A DNA stretch of 64,000 nucleotides from Spirochaetia bacterium (GTDB lineage: Bacteria; Spirochaetota; Spirochaetia; SZUA-6; Bin103), in contig CBDAOI010000004.1 in the NCBI GenBank assembly GCA_965198005.1, positions 1,184,001-1,248,000 of the forward strand, in the 5' to 3' direction. Of the stretch, positions 48,557-59,062 are shown piece after piece (the first letter of the stretch is position 1; each line of letters starts with the position of its first letter). The notes under the pieces are model-generated. The model was not told the DNA's origin and ran no database searches. It saw only the letters and a list, made by a program, of their open reading frames with translations. The position numbers were made by a program, and so were the translations under genes.

Positions 48557-49717
48557 ATGCAGATCGGCGGCTACATACCGCACGCTCAACTCCCCCATCT
48601 CACACGGCTGGTGCAGCCAGGGAAAGTAGTGGTCATCTACGGTCCCCGCCGAGTCGGCAAGACCACCCTGCTGGAACACTATCTGTCTGCCGTCGACGAG
48701 GACTACCTCTTGGTGCCCGGCGACGACATCTCGGTGCGGGATTTCCTGGAGAGCCAATCGGTTGCCAAGTTGAAGAGTTTCGTGGGTGCTCACACGCTCC
48801 TGGCGCTAGATGAGGCGCAGTATGTGCGCCACATCGGAGCAAACCTCAAGCTGCTTGTGGACCATATGCCGAGCCTCAAGATCATCGCCACCGGATCGTC
48901 GTCGTTCGAGCTCGCGGCGCACACTGGCGAGCCCCTCACCGGGCGCAAGTACACGCTGCTGTTGCTGCCGTTGGCGCAGCAGGAGATCGGGCAGGTGGAG
49001 GCCGCGCACGAAACTCACGCCATGCTCGAGCAGCGCCTCGTCTTCGGCAGCTACCCCGAGGTCGTCTTGATGGCGGACATACGGGAGAAAGAGCGCTACC
49101 TGAAGGAGCTCGTTTCGTCCTACCTGTTCAAGGACATTCTGCAGCTGGAGGATGTCCGAAACGCCGAGAAGCTAAACCGACTGCTTCAGCTCATCGCATT
49201 CCAGGTGGGCAAGGATGTTTCGCTGGCGGAACTGGGCTCACAGCTGGGCATGAGTAAGAACACGGTGGAACGGTATCTGGACCTGCTCGAGAAGGTCTTC
49301 GTCATCCACAGCCGCAGGGGCTTCTCGCGGAACCTACGCAAGGAAATCAGCAAGAGCCGCCGCTACTTCTTCGTGGACAACGGGATCCGCAACGCGCTCA
49401 TCAACAACTTCAATTCCCTCGCCCTGCGGGATGACGTGGGGGCGCTCTGGGAGAACTACCTGATCACCGAGCGGATGAAGTATCACCTCAACCGCGGCGA
49501 CAGCGTGGCAAGCTACTTCTGGCGAACCTACGACCGGCAGGAGATCGATCTCGTCGAAGAGACAGGCGGTAGGCTCTTTGCCTACGAGGCCAAATGGAGG
49601 CGTCCAGGTCGCGCATCGGCCCCCGCCGCCTGGCAGAGGGCGTATCCAGGGGCGACGTATGAGGTGGTGTCGCCGGAGAACTACCTAGCGTTCATCACCG
49701 CCACCAGCGCACCGTAA
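48557..49717 (+). CDS. AAA_14 + DUF4143 ATPase
   Basis: GPRRVGKTT; LDEAQ; ATGSSS..L...EPLTGRK; GSYPE; DNGIRN; GALWEN; EIDLV. Confidence 0.92.
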   Translation: MQIGGYIPHAQLPHLTRLVQPGKVVVIYGPRRVGKTTLLEHYLSAVDEDYLLVPGDDISVRDFLESQSVAKLKSFVGAHTLLALDEAQYVRHIGANLKLLVDHMPSLKIIATGSSSFELAAHTGEPLTGRKYTLLLLPLAQQEIGQVEAAHETHAMLEQRLVFGSYPEVVLMADIREKERYLKELVSSYLFKDILQLEDVRNAEKLNRLLQLIAFQVGKDVSLAELGSQLGMSKNTVERYLDLLEKVFVIHSRRGFSRNLRKEISKSRRYFFVDNGIRNALINNFNSLALRDDVGALWENYLITERMKYHLNRGDSVASYFWRTYDRQEIDLVEETGGRLFAYEAKWRRPGRASAPAAWQRAYPGATYEVVSPENYLAFITATSAP

Positions 49718-49930
49718 GGCGACGGCGTCCTGCGCGCGCACCTCGTCGAGTAGGAGCTCCGGAATCTCGGTCTCCATCTCGGCCAGGCACAACTCCAGCA
49801 CTTCCTTGAGGTTGTTGTGCAACTCATCGAGTGTCTCGCCTTGGGTATGGGCGCCGGGGATACCGGGCACGATGCCAACAGAGAAGCCGGTCTCAGGATC
49901 TCGTCCGATATATGCGGCGATCTTGCTCAT
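49685..49930 (-). CDS. hicB: HicB-family antitoxin
   Basis: VPGIPGAHTQGETLDELHNNLKEVLELCL. Confidence 0.8.
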   Translation of the reverse strand: MSKIAAYIGRDPETGFSVGIVPGIPGAHTQGETLDELHNNLKEVLELCLAEMETEIPELLLDEVRAQDAVALRCAGGGDER

Positions 49931-50193
49931 CGACTTGGACTCGATCGAGGCCATCGCGTAGGCGCGAGTGGCAACTGCATGGTGCAGCTACGGATCGCGC
50001 CCAGGTCCACATTCAGCCATTCTACGCGTACCATTCCCGCTAGTTCGGCAGCGCGGCCCGACGACAGGCGGCCGAGCTCAAACAGCTTAACCGCCGCCAG
50101 CATGCGCAGTTCGCGGGCGAACAGGCGCTCATCGGTCTTCTCGGCCAAGAGTACGCTCTCGGGAACGTCGATTGCGATCTTGCGGGTTGCCAC
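49927..50193 (-). CDS. UPF0175 family protein, C-terminus probably damaged
   Basis: ELRMLAAVKLFELGRLSSGRAAELAGM. Confidence 0.75.
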   Translation of the reverse strand: MATRKIAIDVPESVLLAEKTDERLFARELRMLAAVKLFELGRLSSGRAAELAGMVRVEWLNVDLGAIRSCTMQLPLAPTRWPRSSPSR

Positions 50194-50344
50194 TGCCGTA
50201 TCCCTCTGCCTGAGTATCGCACAGATCGCACCTCCACCGCCGCATCGCTCTAGCTTAGCTTAGTTGTGTTTGGCGCCGGGTGTCGGTCAGTTACGCGACG
50301 AGCGCGCTCGTACCGCTTTCTGCAGCGCCTTGCCGCCGTGGGCG

Positions 50345-50445
50345 CCCATACGCCCCACCCCGCCGCGCAGGCGCGGGTCGAGCAGGTCGCGGACCGCGTC
50401 GCCGAACATGTTGAAGCTGTACACGACGATGGTCAGGAAGATGCC
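50345..50445 (-). pseudogene. C-type permease 3' shard
   Basis: GIFLTIVVYSFNMFGDAVRDLLDPRLRGG. Confidence 0.75.
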
Positions 50446-51592
50446 CACGTACGAAATCAACTTCGCCAACTTCCTGCGCGAGCGCTATCACGTCGGGGAA
50501 TGGTTTCGCGGGTTTCTGGAGTCTCCGCGCGAGTCACAGGGATTCGCGATGGTGTTCTACGTCGTGCTCCTCGGCACGCTCACCGAGCGCCGGCTGTTCT
50601 CGCTGGCGGTGGTGGTGGCGGCGGCGGGAGCGATCGGGGTGGCGCTGATCCCGGCGCGGGAGCTGGCCGACGGGGTTGCGGGCATCGTTCCCGGTCTGCC
50701 GCTGATTCTGTTCGTGATGCTGTACTCGGCCGGGCAGCACCTGGGCATGCTGATCGAAAACGCGATCGCGGTCGACCATGGCGACCTGGCCGGCGCCGGC
50801 AGCCGGCTCGGCCGGATCGGCTTCTGGAAGACGCTGGCGGGGCTGGCCATGGCCGGCTTGGTATGGGGTCTGCGGTCCGTCACCGACCTCGGCTTTACCT
50901 TCTTCTTCCTGCTCGCCGCCGGTCTGTTCCTTGCTTCGCTGACGCTTACCCGGCTGGCGATGCGCGGCCGCCCCGAAGTGCGGATGAAGCGCCGCCGGTT
51001 CGTGGTGGAGCGCAAGTTTCGGCGCTACTACGTGCTGAGCGCGCTGTTCGGGGTACGCAAGCAGGTGTTCCTGACGTTTGCGGTGTGGGTGCTCGTGGTG
51101 ATCTACGAGCAGCCGGTGCAGACCATCGCGTTGTTGTGGGTGGTGACGTCCGTTGCCAACCTGGTGGCGCAGCCGTTGATCGGCCGGCTGATCGACCGGT
51201 ACGGGCCACGCACCGTGCTCACGGTGGACGCGTTGCTGTTGTGCGGGGTGTGCGTGACGTACGGCTATGGCGCGCAGCTCTTTCCGCCGGCCATCGGACT
51301 GATCGTGGTCGGCGTCACCTACGTGCTCGACCACGTTCTGTTTTTCGTGAGCGCTGCGCGTGCGGTGTACGTCGGCGGGTTGAGCGTCAACCGGGACGAA
51401 CTCTCCACCACGCTGTCGATGGGGGTCACCATCGATCACGTCTTCTCCATGACGGTCCCGTTCCTGGGCGGCATCGTGTGGAAGGCGTACGGCTACGAGA
51501 TGGTGTTCCTGCTGGCGGCGGTGGTGACGGTGTTCACCGCGGTCGCCGCGTTCGGCATTCCGCGGCCGGTCCCGCGCCCGCCTTTGGGTTGA
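50446..51592 (+). pseudogene. MFS transporter lacking its N-terminus
   Basis: RGFLESPRESQGF...many TM helices...IGRLIDRYGPR...TIDHVFS; the 5' end abuts the permease shard. Confidence 0.75.
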
Positions 51593-51691
51593 TGCCCGAC
51601 ACCATCGGGTAGACGGCAGCGGCAGCCCAATTCCCGCCGTTCGCCGCAGATCTCTTTGTTCGCGCGGCGAGCCGGTGTAGGATCGCGTGGG

Positions 51692-52333
51692 ATGAAGCTC
51701 TGGGACGCTCACTTTCACATCTGGCCCGGTTCGGCCGGCGGGGCCGCGGGTGGCGACGCTCCCGGGTATGCGCTTGCCGACTACCAGCGGGACGTGGCCT
51801 GCGACGGCTTCGAGTTGATCGGCGGCACGTTTCTCGAGGTGACCAGCGCGCGCCTGCCCGGCACCGCCGGGGCGCCGTTCGCCGACGCGTGCGCGACCGA
51901 GACGGAGTGGGTGGGGCAGCGGCTCGGTGCGTCGCCGCTGCCCTTCGTGATGGCGGCTTCGGCGCCGCTGGAGTACGCCGGTGTCGCCGCCGTGCTCGGC
52001 AGGCTGGCGGCGGACAGCTCGATCCGGGGCGTGCGCCAGATCCTCAACTACGACCCGTCCTGGCCGCGCAACGAGCACCTCGGCGACCTGCTGGAGAGTG
52101 CGCAGTGGCGGCGCGGGTTCGCGCTGCTGGAGGAATTCTCACTGGGATTCGATCTGCAACTCAACCCGCACCAGTTCGCACGGGCGGCGCGTGTGGTGGC
52201 GGCGCACCCGCGGATCCCGGTGGTGATCGATCATCTGGGCACGCCGACCCTGGCCGACCTGCGTGCGGGCGACCGCCAGCGCCTGTTCGGCGACAACGCC
52301 ATACGCGCCTACGGGGTGGACAAGTACTGCTGA
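51692..52333 (+). pseudogene. Amidohydrolase_2 family protein, internally deleted
   Basis: DAHFHIW...IRGVRQIL...GFDLQ...VVIDHLG, then directly RQRLFGDNAIRAY. Confidence 0.75.
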
Positions 52334-52412
52334 GCGCCCACATATCGCGAGGTCCGGGCTCCTAGGCGGCTAGGCGCGAACTGGAGTGTTGACTTTCGAT
52401 TCGTTGGCGAAC

Positions 52413-52691
52413 ATGCAGAATCCTCCCCATCCGGGCGGTGTCTTGCGAAGACAGTGGATCGAGCCTTTGGGTGTTTCCATTACCCAGGCAGCCAAGCGTC
52501 TCGGCGTGTCCCGCAAGGCGCTTTCCGAGCTGTGGATGAACATGCAGTCCAGCTATGACTTGTGGCATGCCGAGCAGCGCAGGGACGAACTCACGGTAGC
52601 ATCTCTTGTTGCGGCGGGGCGGTGCGCGGGCGGCGCGGCAGGCGGACGCGGTCAGACGCCGAGCCAGGTGGCCCGGACGTCCGGGGACTGA
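52413..52691 (+). pseudogene. higA: HigA-family antitoxin with internal deletion
   Basis: MQNPPHPG...[19 protein letters not shown] is joined to [11 protein letters not shown]; the MA.RL..F segment is missing. Confidence 0.7.
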
Positions 52692-53368
52692 TCGAGCTGG
52701 CCGGCGGTTCCCTGCCAGCGGACGCGGCCCTTGCCGAGCACGTAGACCCGCTGCGCCAGGGCGCTCGCGAACGGGTAGTTCTGCTCCACGATCAGCATCG
52801 TCATCCCCGCCGCCTTGAGGGTCTCGAGAATGCCGGCGATGCGCTCGACCACGACCGGGGCCAGTCCCTCGGTGGGCTCGTCCAGGAGCAGCAGACGCGG
52901 GGCGAGGGTGAGCGCGCGCGCGATCGCCAGCATCTGCTGCTCGCCGCCGCTCAGCTCGTTGCCGCGGTGGCCGCGGCGCGCCGCGAGCAGCGGGAAGTCC
53001 TCGTACAGCGCCTCGGGCGTGACCCGGCGGCCGGCCGGCTGGCGCGGCCGGCCCAGGTTCAGGTGTTCGTCCACCGTAAGCGAGGCGAAGATGCCGCGGT
53101 CCTCCGGTACGTAGGCGATGCCGCGGCGGGCGACGCGGGAAGCCGACAGGTGATGGATCGGATCGCCGGCGAAGCGGATGCTGCCGCGCGCGACCGGCAC
53201 GATGCCCATGATCGACTTGAGCAGGGTGGACTTGCCGGCGCCGTTGCGGCCGAGCAGGGCGACCACCCGCCCCTGGTCCACGTTCAGGGAGACGCTCTGC
53301 AGGACGTGGCTGCGGCCGTAGCAGGTGTCGACCGCCTCCAGCCGGAGCAGCCCCGTCGTCCGGGCCAT
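52652..53368 (-). CDS. livF: Branched-chain amino acid ABC ATPase
   Basis: [37 protein letters not shown]. Confidence 0.9.
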   Translation of the reverse strand: MARTTGLLRLEAVDTCYGRSHVLQSVSLNVDQGRVVALLGRNGAGKSTLLKSIMGIVPVARGSIRFAGDPIHHLSASRVARRGIAYVPEDRGIFASLTVDEHLNLGRPRQPAGRRVTPEALYEDFPLLAARRGHRGNELSGGEQQMLAIARALTLAPRLLLLDEPTEGLAPVVVERIAGILETLKAAGMTMLIVEQNYPFASALAQRVYVLGKGRVRWQGTAGQLDQSPDVRATWLGV

Positions 53369-54213
53369 CAGGACCTGGTCCCGAGAGAGCGGGCGACGGC
53401 CCGCGCCGACTTGTTGCCGTGCGTGCTGCTGGGCGCCTTGGGCTGACCATGCCGGCTCCCACCCAGGTAGCGGCGCCGCACCTCCGGCGAAGCGCGCACC
53501 TCGGCCGGCGTCCCTTCCAGCAGCACGCGCCCGTAGTCGAGCACCGTGATCCGCTCGGCCACCCCGAAGATCACGTCCATGTCGTGCTCGATGATCAGCA
53601 GCGTCAGCGTGGACGGCAGGGCCGCCAGCAGCCTCAGGATGGCGGCGGTCTCCTCCGGACTCATGCCCGCGGTCGGCTCGTCGAGCAGCAGCACCAGCGG
53701 TTCCTGCACCAGCGCGAGCCCGATCTCGAGCTGGCGCTGGGTGCCGTAGCCGAGGGTGTCGACCCGCTGCTCCAGGTGGTCGGCCAGGCCCAGCCGCTCC
53801 GCGTGCGCCTCGGCCGCCGCCCGTGGCGCCGCGAAGCGCGCCGCCGGACGCCAGAAGACGTGGCCGATGCGGTGCTTCAGGGCGCACGCGAGGAACAGGT
53901 TCTCCCGCACCGTGAAGCGCGGAAACAGGTTGTTGCGCTGGAAGCTGCGCGCCAGCCCGGCGCGCGCGCGCACCTCCGGCGCGGCCCGGCTCAGGTCGCG
54001 GCCGCCGACGGCTACGTGGCCGGCGTCGGCCCGGACCTCGCCCGTGATCAGGTTGAACAGGGTGGTCTTGCCGGCGCCGTTGGGGCCGATCACGCCATGC
54101 CGCCGGCCGGCGGGCAGCCGCAGCGAGACGTCGTCGGTCACCAGCAGCGACCCGAACGACTTGCGCAGCCCGGTGGCGTGAAATACTTCGCCCGTCACGG
54201 CGCGGTCCGTCAC
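53368..54213 (-). CDS. livG: Branched-chain amino acid ABC ATPase
   Basis: GPNGAGKTTLFNLITG; LLLDEPTAGMS; IIEHDMD. Confidence 0.9.
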   Translation of the reverse strand: MTDRAVTGEVFHATGLRKSFGSLLVTDDVSLRLPAGRRHGVIGPNGAGKTTLFNLITGEVRADAGHVAVGGRDLSRAAPEVRARAGLARSFQRNNLFPRFTVRENLFLACALKHRIGHVFWRPAARFAAPRAAAEAHAERLGLADHLEQRVDTLGYGTQRQLEIGLALVQEPLVLLLDEPTAGMSPEETAAILRLLAALPSTLTLLIIEHDMDVIFGVAERITVLDYGRVLLEGTPAEVRASPEVRRRYLGGSRHGQPKAPSSTHGNKSARAVARSLGTRS

Positions 54214-55235
54214 GGCGCGCCTCCCCGGCGCGCCGCGCGCGCCGCGCCGCGGGCCATCACTTCGCGGACCACCCAGGTGAGGCGGCCGTACAGACCGTCG
54301 CGCGCCAGCAGCACCACGGCGATGAAGAACAGGCCCATGACGAGCTGCCAGTGGGCGGCCATTTCCGCCGGTAGCGCCAGGCGGCTCCAGAAGGAGCCGT
54401 CGCTCAGTTGGTCCCGCATCAGAATGAACAGGGCGGCCCCGCCCGCGGCCCCGATCAGGCTGCCGCTGCCGCCGAGGATGACGATGATCAGGGCCTCGCC
54501 CGACAGCGTCCAGAAGGCGAGATCGGGCGACACGAAGCCGGTGTGCTGGGCCGTCAGCGCGCCGGCGAGACCGGCGAACCCGCCGGCGATGCCGAAGGCC
54601 GCCAGCTTGTAGCGCCGCACCGGACAGCCGAGCGCGGCCAGGCGGCTCTCGTTCTGGTGGATGGCGGTGAGCATCATCCCGAACGGCGACCGCCGCAGCA
54701 GCAGCAGAGCGAGGTACGCCAGCGCCGCGACCGCCACCGCCAGGGCCGAGAACACCGCGGGGTCGGCGGCCTCGAGGCCGAGCGCCGCCAGATCGAAGCG
54801 CGCGGCGCCGGCCATCCCGTTGTCGCCGCCGAAGGCGCGCGCCTTGAACAAGTAGGCGTGGACCATCTGCCCGATCGCCAGCGTGATCATGATGAAGAAC
54901 ACGCCGCCCAGCCGGACCACGAACAGGCCGACGCCGAGCGCGATCAGCGCCGCCGCCGCCACCGACAGGAGCAGCGCGCCTGCGGGTGGCCAGCCCCACA
55001 GCACGGTGGCCGCGGCGGTCGCGTACGCGCCGAGCGCCAGGAAGCCGGCGTGCCCCAGCGAGACCATCCCCGCCACGCCCACCAGCAGATCGAGACTCAT
55101 GGCGAAGATCGCCAGGATCGCGACCTCGGCGAGCAGCTCCTTGCCGAAGTAGCCGGAGCCGAACCACGCGGCCACGGCCACCCCGGCGAGCACGCCCGCC
55201 AGCGGAAGCTGGAGCGGGTCGCCCGCGCGCATCAC
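54210..55235 (-). CDS. livM: Branched-chain amino acid ABC permease
   Basis: SLDLLVG.AGMVSLGHAGF..LGAY; ILGGSGSL.GA. Confidence 0.9.
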   Translation of the reverse strand: MMRAGDPLQLPLAGVLAGVAVAAWFGSGYFGKELLAEVAILAIFAMSLDLLVGVAGMVSLGHAGFLALGAYATAAATVLWGWPPAGALLLSVAAAALIALGVGLFVVRLGGVFFIMITLAIGQMVHAYLFKARAFGGDNGMAGAARFDLAALGLEAADPAVFSALAVAVAALAYLALLLLRRSPFGMMLTAIHQNESRLAALGCPVRRYKLAAFGIAGGFAGLAGALTAQHTGFVSPDLAFWTLSGEALIIVILGGSGSLIGAAGGAALFILMRDQLSDGSFWSRLALPAEMAAHWQLVMGLFFIAVVLLARDGLYGRLTWVVREVMARGAARAARRGGAP

Positions 55236-57265
55236 CGGGCGCCGCGCACCGGGACCAGGCCGGCCTGGTTATAGCTCATTTGCCCTTCGCTGACGGACCG
55301 GATCCGGGCGCGCCGTGGGTTCGCGCGCGTAGCCCCCTTCCCTGTTCCGTCAGCCGATACTTCTGCAGCCGGCTGCGCGGTTTGTGGGGAATGGTCATTT
55401 CGAGCAGTCCTTGCGTGATGGCCGGTTGTTGGTAGGACTGCCTGAAGTGTTTTTCGTCTGTCAGCGCCAGCTTGGCCTGGATCTGTCTTCGGCTCATTGC
55501 GCCTTCTACGACGGATAAGAGCTTCACGACTTCGGGGGTCACATCGGGGATGACTTCGGGGTTGTCTTGGGGGTTGTCTTCGGGGGTCGCGGTGTTGTGG
55601 CCTCTTATTCGTGCTGACGGCCCTGTACCAGCCGCGCCGCGGGTTCGCGCGCGTAGCCCCCTTCCCTGTTCCGTCAGCCGATACTTCTGCAGCCGGCTGC
55701 GCGGTTTGTGGGGAATGGTCATTTCGAGCAGTCCTTGCGTGATGGCCGGTTGTTGGTAGGACTGCCTGAAGTGTTTTTCGTCTGTCAGCGCCAGCTTGGC
55801 CTGGATCTGTCTTCGGCTCATTGCGCCTTCTACGACGGATAAGAGCTTCACGACTTCGGGGGTTACATCGGGGATGACTTCAGGGTTGTCTTCGGGGGTC
55901 GCGGTGCTGTGGCCTCCTGACTGATCCCTTTCCGCCGACGCCCGCGCCGGCGGCTCCGACCGCCACACGCGCGCAACGAATACGTCCGTTACCGTGAACT
56001 CCGGTTCCGGCAGGCCGGCCGCCACGCAGCGGCGGATCATGTCGAGCGTCCCCGTCCCCATCCGTTCGATGTAGTTGACCAGATACATCGACTCCGCCAA
56101 CAACGGGTTGGCGGGCACCGACGCGTGGGGCGCGCGCAGCTTCTCGAAGGTCAGCGGCGGCGGCAGACTGCCGGGATTCCAAACCTCCAGCCGGTCGGCG
56201 AAGAGCATAACCTGGACGCTGCCGTTGCTCGTGTAGTCGCGGTGGGCCACCGCGTTGACGACGGCTTCGGTCACGACCTCCTCGGGAATCTCGTAGGTGC
56301 GTGGCGCCTGGGCGCTTTCCGACCTCGTACCGATGGCGCGATTGATCTTGCTGAGTACGAAGTCCACCGCCTGATCTACCAGCTCGAACACCGTGCCCTG
56401 ATACACTTGGTAGGAAGGAATCGGCTTTTCCACCTCCGTCCCGTGAAAATGGGCGCACTTGATCTCGGACGAGAGGAGAAAGCGTTGCGGAGAATTTCCG
56501 AACAGCAGGACGGCGGCGTTGGTGAGACGTCCCTTGTTCAGCAGCCTCAGGTGCTCCAGCAACGCATCGGGCGACGTTTCCTCGGGCAGAGGAAACTGCC
56601 TTATCCGGCGCGCCCCACGAACGAAGCGGGCCATCCACGCGGAGTCGAGATCGCCGAACGTAGCACCCTCGCAGGGGGTCGCGTCGAAAGGCCCGAACCG
56701 GATCCACTCCTTGACCTCAAGGTACTCCACAAGCGCTGCGTAGAGTCCGGTCACCAGTTCCTGCGCGGTATTGCACTGCTTGCGGATCACCCCGGACTCG
56801 GCGCTGCGGATCAGCGCAGCCATCTTCCGATGCCGGGTGTCGTCAGCAGCGCCTTTCACGAAGATCAGGCGATGCTTGCCAAGTGCCGTCGCATGGCGGT
56901 ACTCCCGCTCGGTTGGCGACACGCCTTCCTGATCCTCGGTTCCGTCCTCGCTCCCGAACAACCCCACGTAGATGTCCGAGTGCTCGACTTCATGCAGATA
57001 GAGCGCATCCGGCCGCCGGTCCGCCGCCGGGGCGTCCTCGAACAGGAACACGTCAAAGAAGCGCCGCATCAACGGGTCTCCGCGCAGGTAGTCGCGGAGC
57101 GCCGCCCGCTGCGAGGCGAACTCTCCTTGCACGCTGCTGATGAAGATACGGATGGGAGTCACTGGCCGTGTCATCTTATCGCGGCCCCGAGCAGGCCGCG
57201 ACCGGAAGCTGGAGCGGGTCGCCCGCGCGCATCACCGGGCGCCGCGCACCGGGATCAGGCCGGCC
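55203..57265. repeat. 63-bp direct repeat of the livH/livM junction, 2000 bp apart
   Basis: 55203-55265 versus 57203-57265, one mismatch. Confidence 0.92.
55276..57174 (-). CDS. DUF4062 + HATPase_c_4-like protein with a tandemly duplicated C-terminal wHTH
   Basis: IFISSVQGEF...DIYVGLFG...SPTEREY; EAVVNAVAHRDY...LEVWNPG...NPLLA...IERMGTG; two copies of MTIPHKPRSRLQKYRLT. Confidence 0.85.
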   Translation of the reverse strand: MTRPVTPIRIFISSVQGEFASQRAALRDYLRGDPLMRRFFDVFLFEDAPAADRRPDALYLHEVEHSDIYVGLFGSEDGTEDQEGVSPTEREYRHATALGKHRLIFVKGAADDTRHRKMAALIRSAESGVIRKQCNTAQELVTGLYAALVEYLEVKEWIRFGPFDATPCEGATFGDLDSAWMARFVRGARRIRQFPLPEETSPDALLEHLRLLNKGRLTNAAVLLFGNSPQRFLLSSEIKCAHFHGTEVEKPIPSYQVYQGTVFELVDQAVDFVLSKINRAIGTRSESAQAPRTYEIPEEVVTEAVVNAVAHRDYTSNGSVQVMLFADRLEVWNPGSLPPPLTFEKLRAPHASVPANPLLAESMYLVNYIERMGTGTLDMIRRCVAAGLPEPEFTVTDVFVARVWRSEPPARASAERDQSGGHSTATPEDNPEVIPDVTPEVVKLLSVVEGAMSRRQIQAKLALTDEKHFRQSYQQPAITQGLLEMTIPHKPRSRLQKYRLTEQGRGLRARTRGAAGTGPSARIRGHNTATPEDNPQDNPEVIPDVTPEVVKLLSVVEGAMSRRQIQAKLALTDEKHFRQSYQQPAITQGLLEMTIPHKPRSRLQKYRLTEQGRGLRARTHGAPGSGPSAKGK

Positions 57266-58110
57266 GGCTTGAGGAGCAGGATCAGCGCCATCAGGGCATA
57301 GATCGTCACCCGCGCCAGCTCCGGCACCACCACCTGGCCGTAGGTGTCGGCGACGCCGATGATGAGCGAGCCCAGCGCCACCCCCTTGAGGCTGCCGGGA
57401 CCGCCCAGCACCACCACGATCAGCGCGAGAATCAGCACCGACGTGTCCATGCCGGGGAAGATCGAGAACACCGGCGCCGCCACCACCCCGGCCACGCCGG
57501 CGAGCAGGCAGCCCAGGCAGAAGACGAAGAAGAACACGCGCCCGATGTCGATCCCCAGGGCCGCCACCATGGTGCGGTCGTCCACTCCGGCGCGCACGAT
57601 GGCGCCGAGGCGGGTCCGTTCCAGTCCCAGGTACAACAGCAGGAACACCGCCGCGCCCAGGGCGATGATGAACAGGCGGTAGGTGGGATACACTTGTCCC
57701 AGAATGGTGCTGCGTCCGGCGAGCAGTGCCGGTACGTCGATCACGTGCGGCAGCGAGCCCCAGATCAGGTCTGCGGTCTCGGACCCGACGAAGATCAAGC
57801 CGAAGGTCACCAGCACCTGCCGCATCGGGTCGGCGCGCTGCAGGTGGCGCAGCAGCACCAAGTAGAGCAGCCCGCCCAGCACGGCTACGCCCAGGGGAGC
57901 CAGCAATAGGGCGAGCCAGAACGAATCGAAGGCGCGCACCGCGCTCAACGCCAGGTAGGCGCCGACCATGAACAGCGTGCCGTGCGCGAGGTTGATGAAG
58001 TTCATCAGTCCGAACACCACGGACAGGCCGATCGACAGCAGGAACAGCAGTGCCGAGAGCTGCAGCCCGTTCAGGGTCTGCACGATCAGGAACTGGGGAT
58101 CGAGCAGCAT
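57232..58110 (-). CDS. livH: Branched-chain amino acid ABC permease
   Basis: GLSVVFGLMNFINLAHG; VVVLGGPGSLKG; KPAGL. Confidence 0.9.
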   Translation of the reverse strand: MLLDPQFLIVQTLNGLQLSALLFLLSIGLSVVFGLMNFINLAHGTLFMVGAYLALSAVRAFDSFWLALLLAPLGVAVLGGLLYLVLLRHLQRADPMRQVLVTFGLIFVGSETADLIWGSLPHVIDVPALLAGRSTILGQVYPTYRLFIIALGAAVFLLLYLGLERTRLGAIVRAGVDDRTMVAALGIDIGRVFFFVFCLGCLLAGVAGVVAAPVFSIFPGMDTSVLILALIVVVLGGPGSLKGVALGSLIIGVADTYGQVVVPELARVTIYALMALILLLKPAGLIPVRGAR

Positions 58111-58262
58111 GGCGCGCCGGTTGCTTCCGGCGGCGCCACCCTACCACGCCTGCATCCGCGGCGCAGCCCCGCCGCCCGCCCGCGCCCCCGCCCGCCCGCA
58201 CCCCAACCGATCCGGCCGCGCGGCGGTGGATTCTCGGGCGGTTTTACGGCCACTGTACCGGC

Positions 58263-58592
58263 ATGGAAATGCGTCTGCTGTTCGATGTGCTGGGATGGAT
58301 CGGCACGGTCTCCCTGCTCAGCGCTTACTGGCTGGTTTCCACCAACCGGGTCGGTGGAACCTCCCGCTTCTATCAAACGCTGAACGTGATCGGCGGCGGC
58401 GGTCTGCTGGCCAATACCTTCTATAACCGCGCCTACCCGGCCGCGGCCCTCAATCTGGCCTGGCTGAGCATCGGGGTCACCGCCTACATCCGCGTGGTGG
58501 TCCGGCAGCGTGCCCAGCGCGCGTCCGGCCGCGCGGAAGGCGCGTCACGGCGCCGGCCCCGTCCGCGGCGCCCGCCCGGCCGCGAACGGTAG
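58263..58592 (+). CDS. Small membrane protein (CBU_0592-like)
   Basis: DVLGWIG...LSAYWL...YQTLNVIG...AYPAAALN..W. Confidence 0.65.
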   Translation: MEMRLLFDVLGWIGTVSLLSAYWLVSTNRVGGTSRFYQTLNVIGGGGLLANTFYNRAYPAAALNLAWLSIGVTAYIRVVVRQRAQRASGRAEGASRRRPRPRRPPGRER

Positions 58593-58753
58593 CGCTGCAT
58601 CATTGCGGTTCAACCTCGGCGATGCCCAGGCGATTCCGATGATTCGTCAGGGCTGTTGCCTCGCTTGCCCACAAGCGGTAGAGTCGCCGGCAGTCAGCAC
58701 GGCTGCACGCAGCCGCAGTACCGAAGGCAGCAGCAGTACCCAAGGAGGAGCCC

Positions 58754-59062
58754 GTGCCACCACCCGTAGCCCTCAAGCTGACCGCCCGTGACAACGTGGC
58801 CACCCTGGTCGCGGCCGTCGAGCCCGGCGGCACCATCGCCGTACGGCACGGGCGCGAGCAGACCTCCGTCGCCGCCGGCGAGCGGATCCCGTTCGGGTTC
58901 AAGGTCGCGCTGGCCGACATCCCGCGCGGCGCGCAGGTCGTCAAGTACGGCGAGTCGATCGGCTTGGCCTCGGCCGACATCCCCACCGGCGCGCTGGTGC
59001 ACGTCCACAACCTGGAAGGCGCCCGCGGCCGCGGCGACTTGGCGCGGGGAGATACGGCATGA
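58754..59062 (+). CDS. UxaA/GarD family SAF-domain subunit
   Basis: DNVAT...IPFGFKVAL.DI..G..VVKYGESIG.A...I..G..VHVHN. Confidence 0.9.
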   Translation: MPPPVALKLTARDNVATLVAAVEPGGTIAVRHGREQTSVAAGERIPFGFKVALADIPRGAQVVKYGESIGLASADIPTGALVHVHNLEGARGRGDLARGDTA

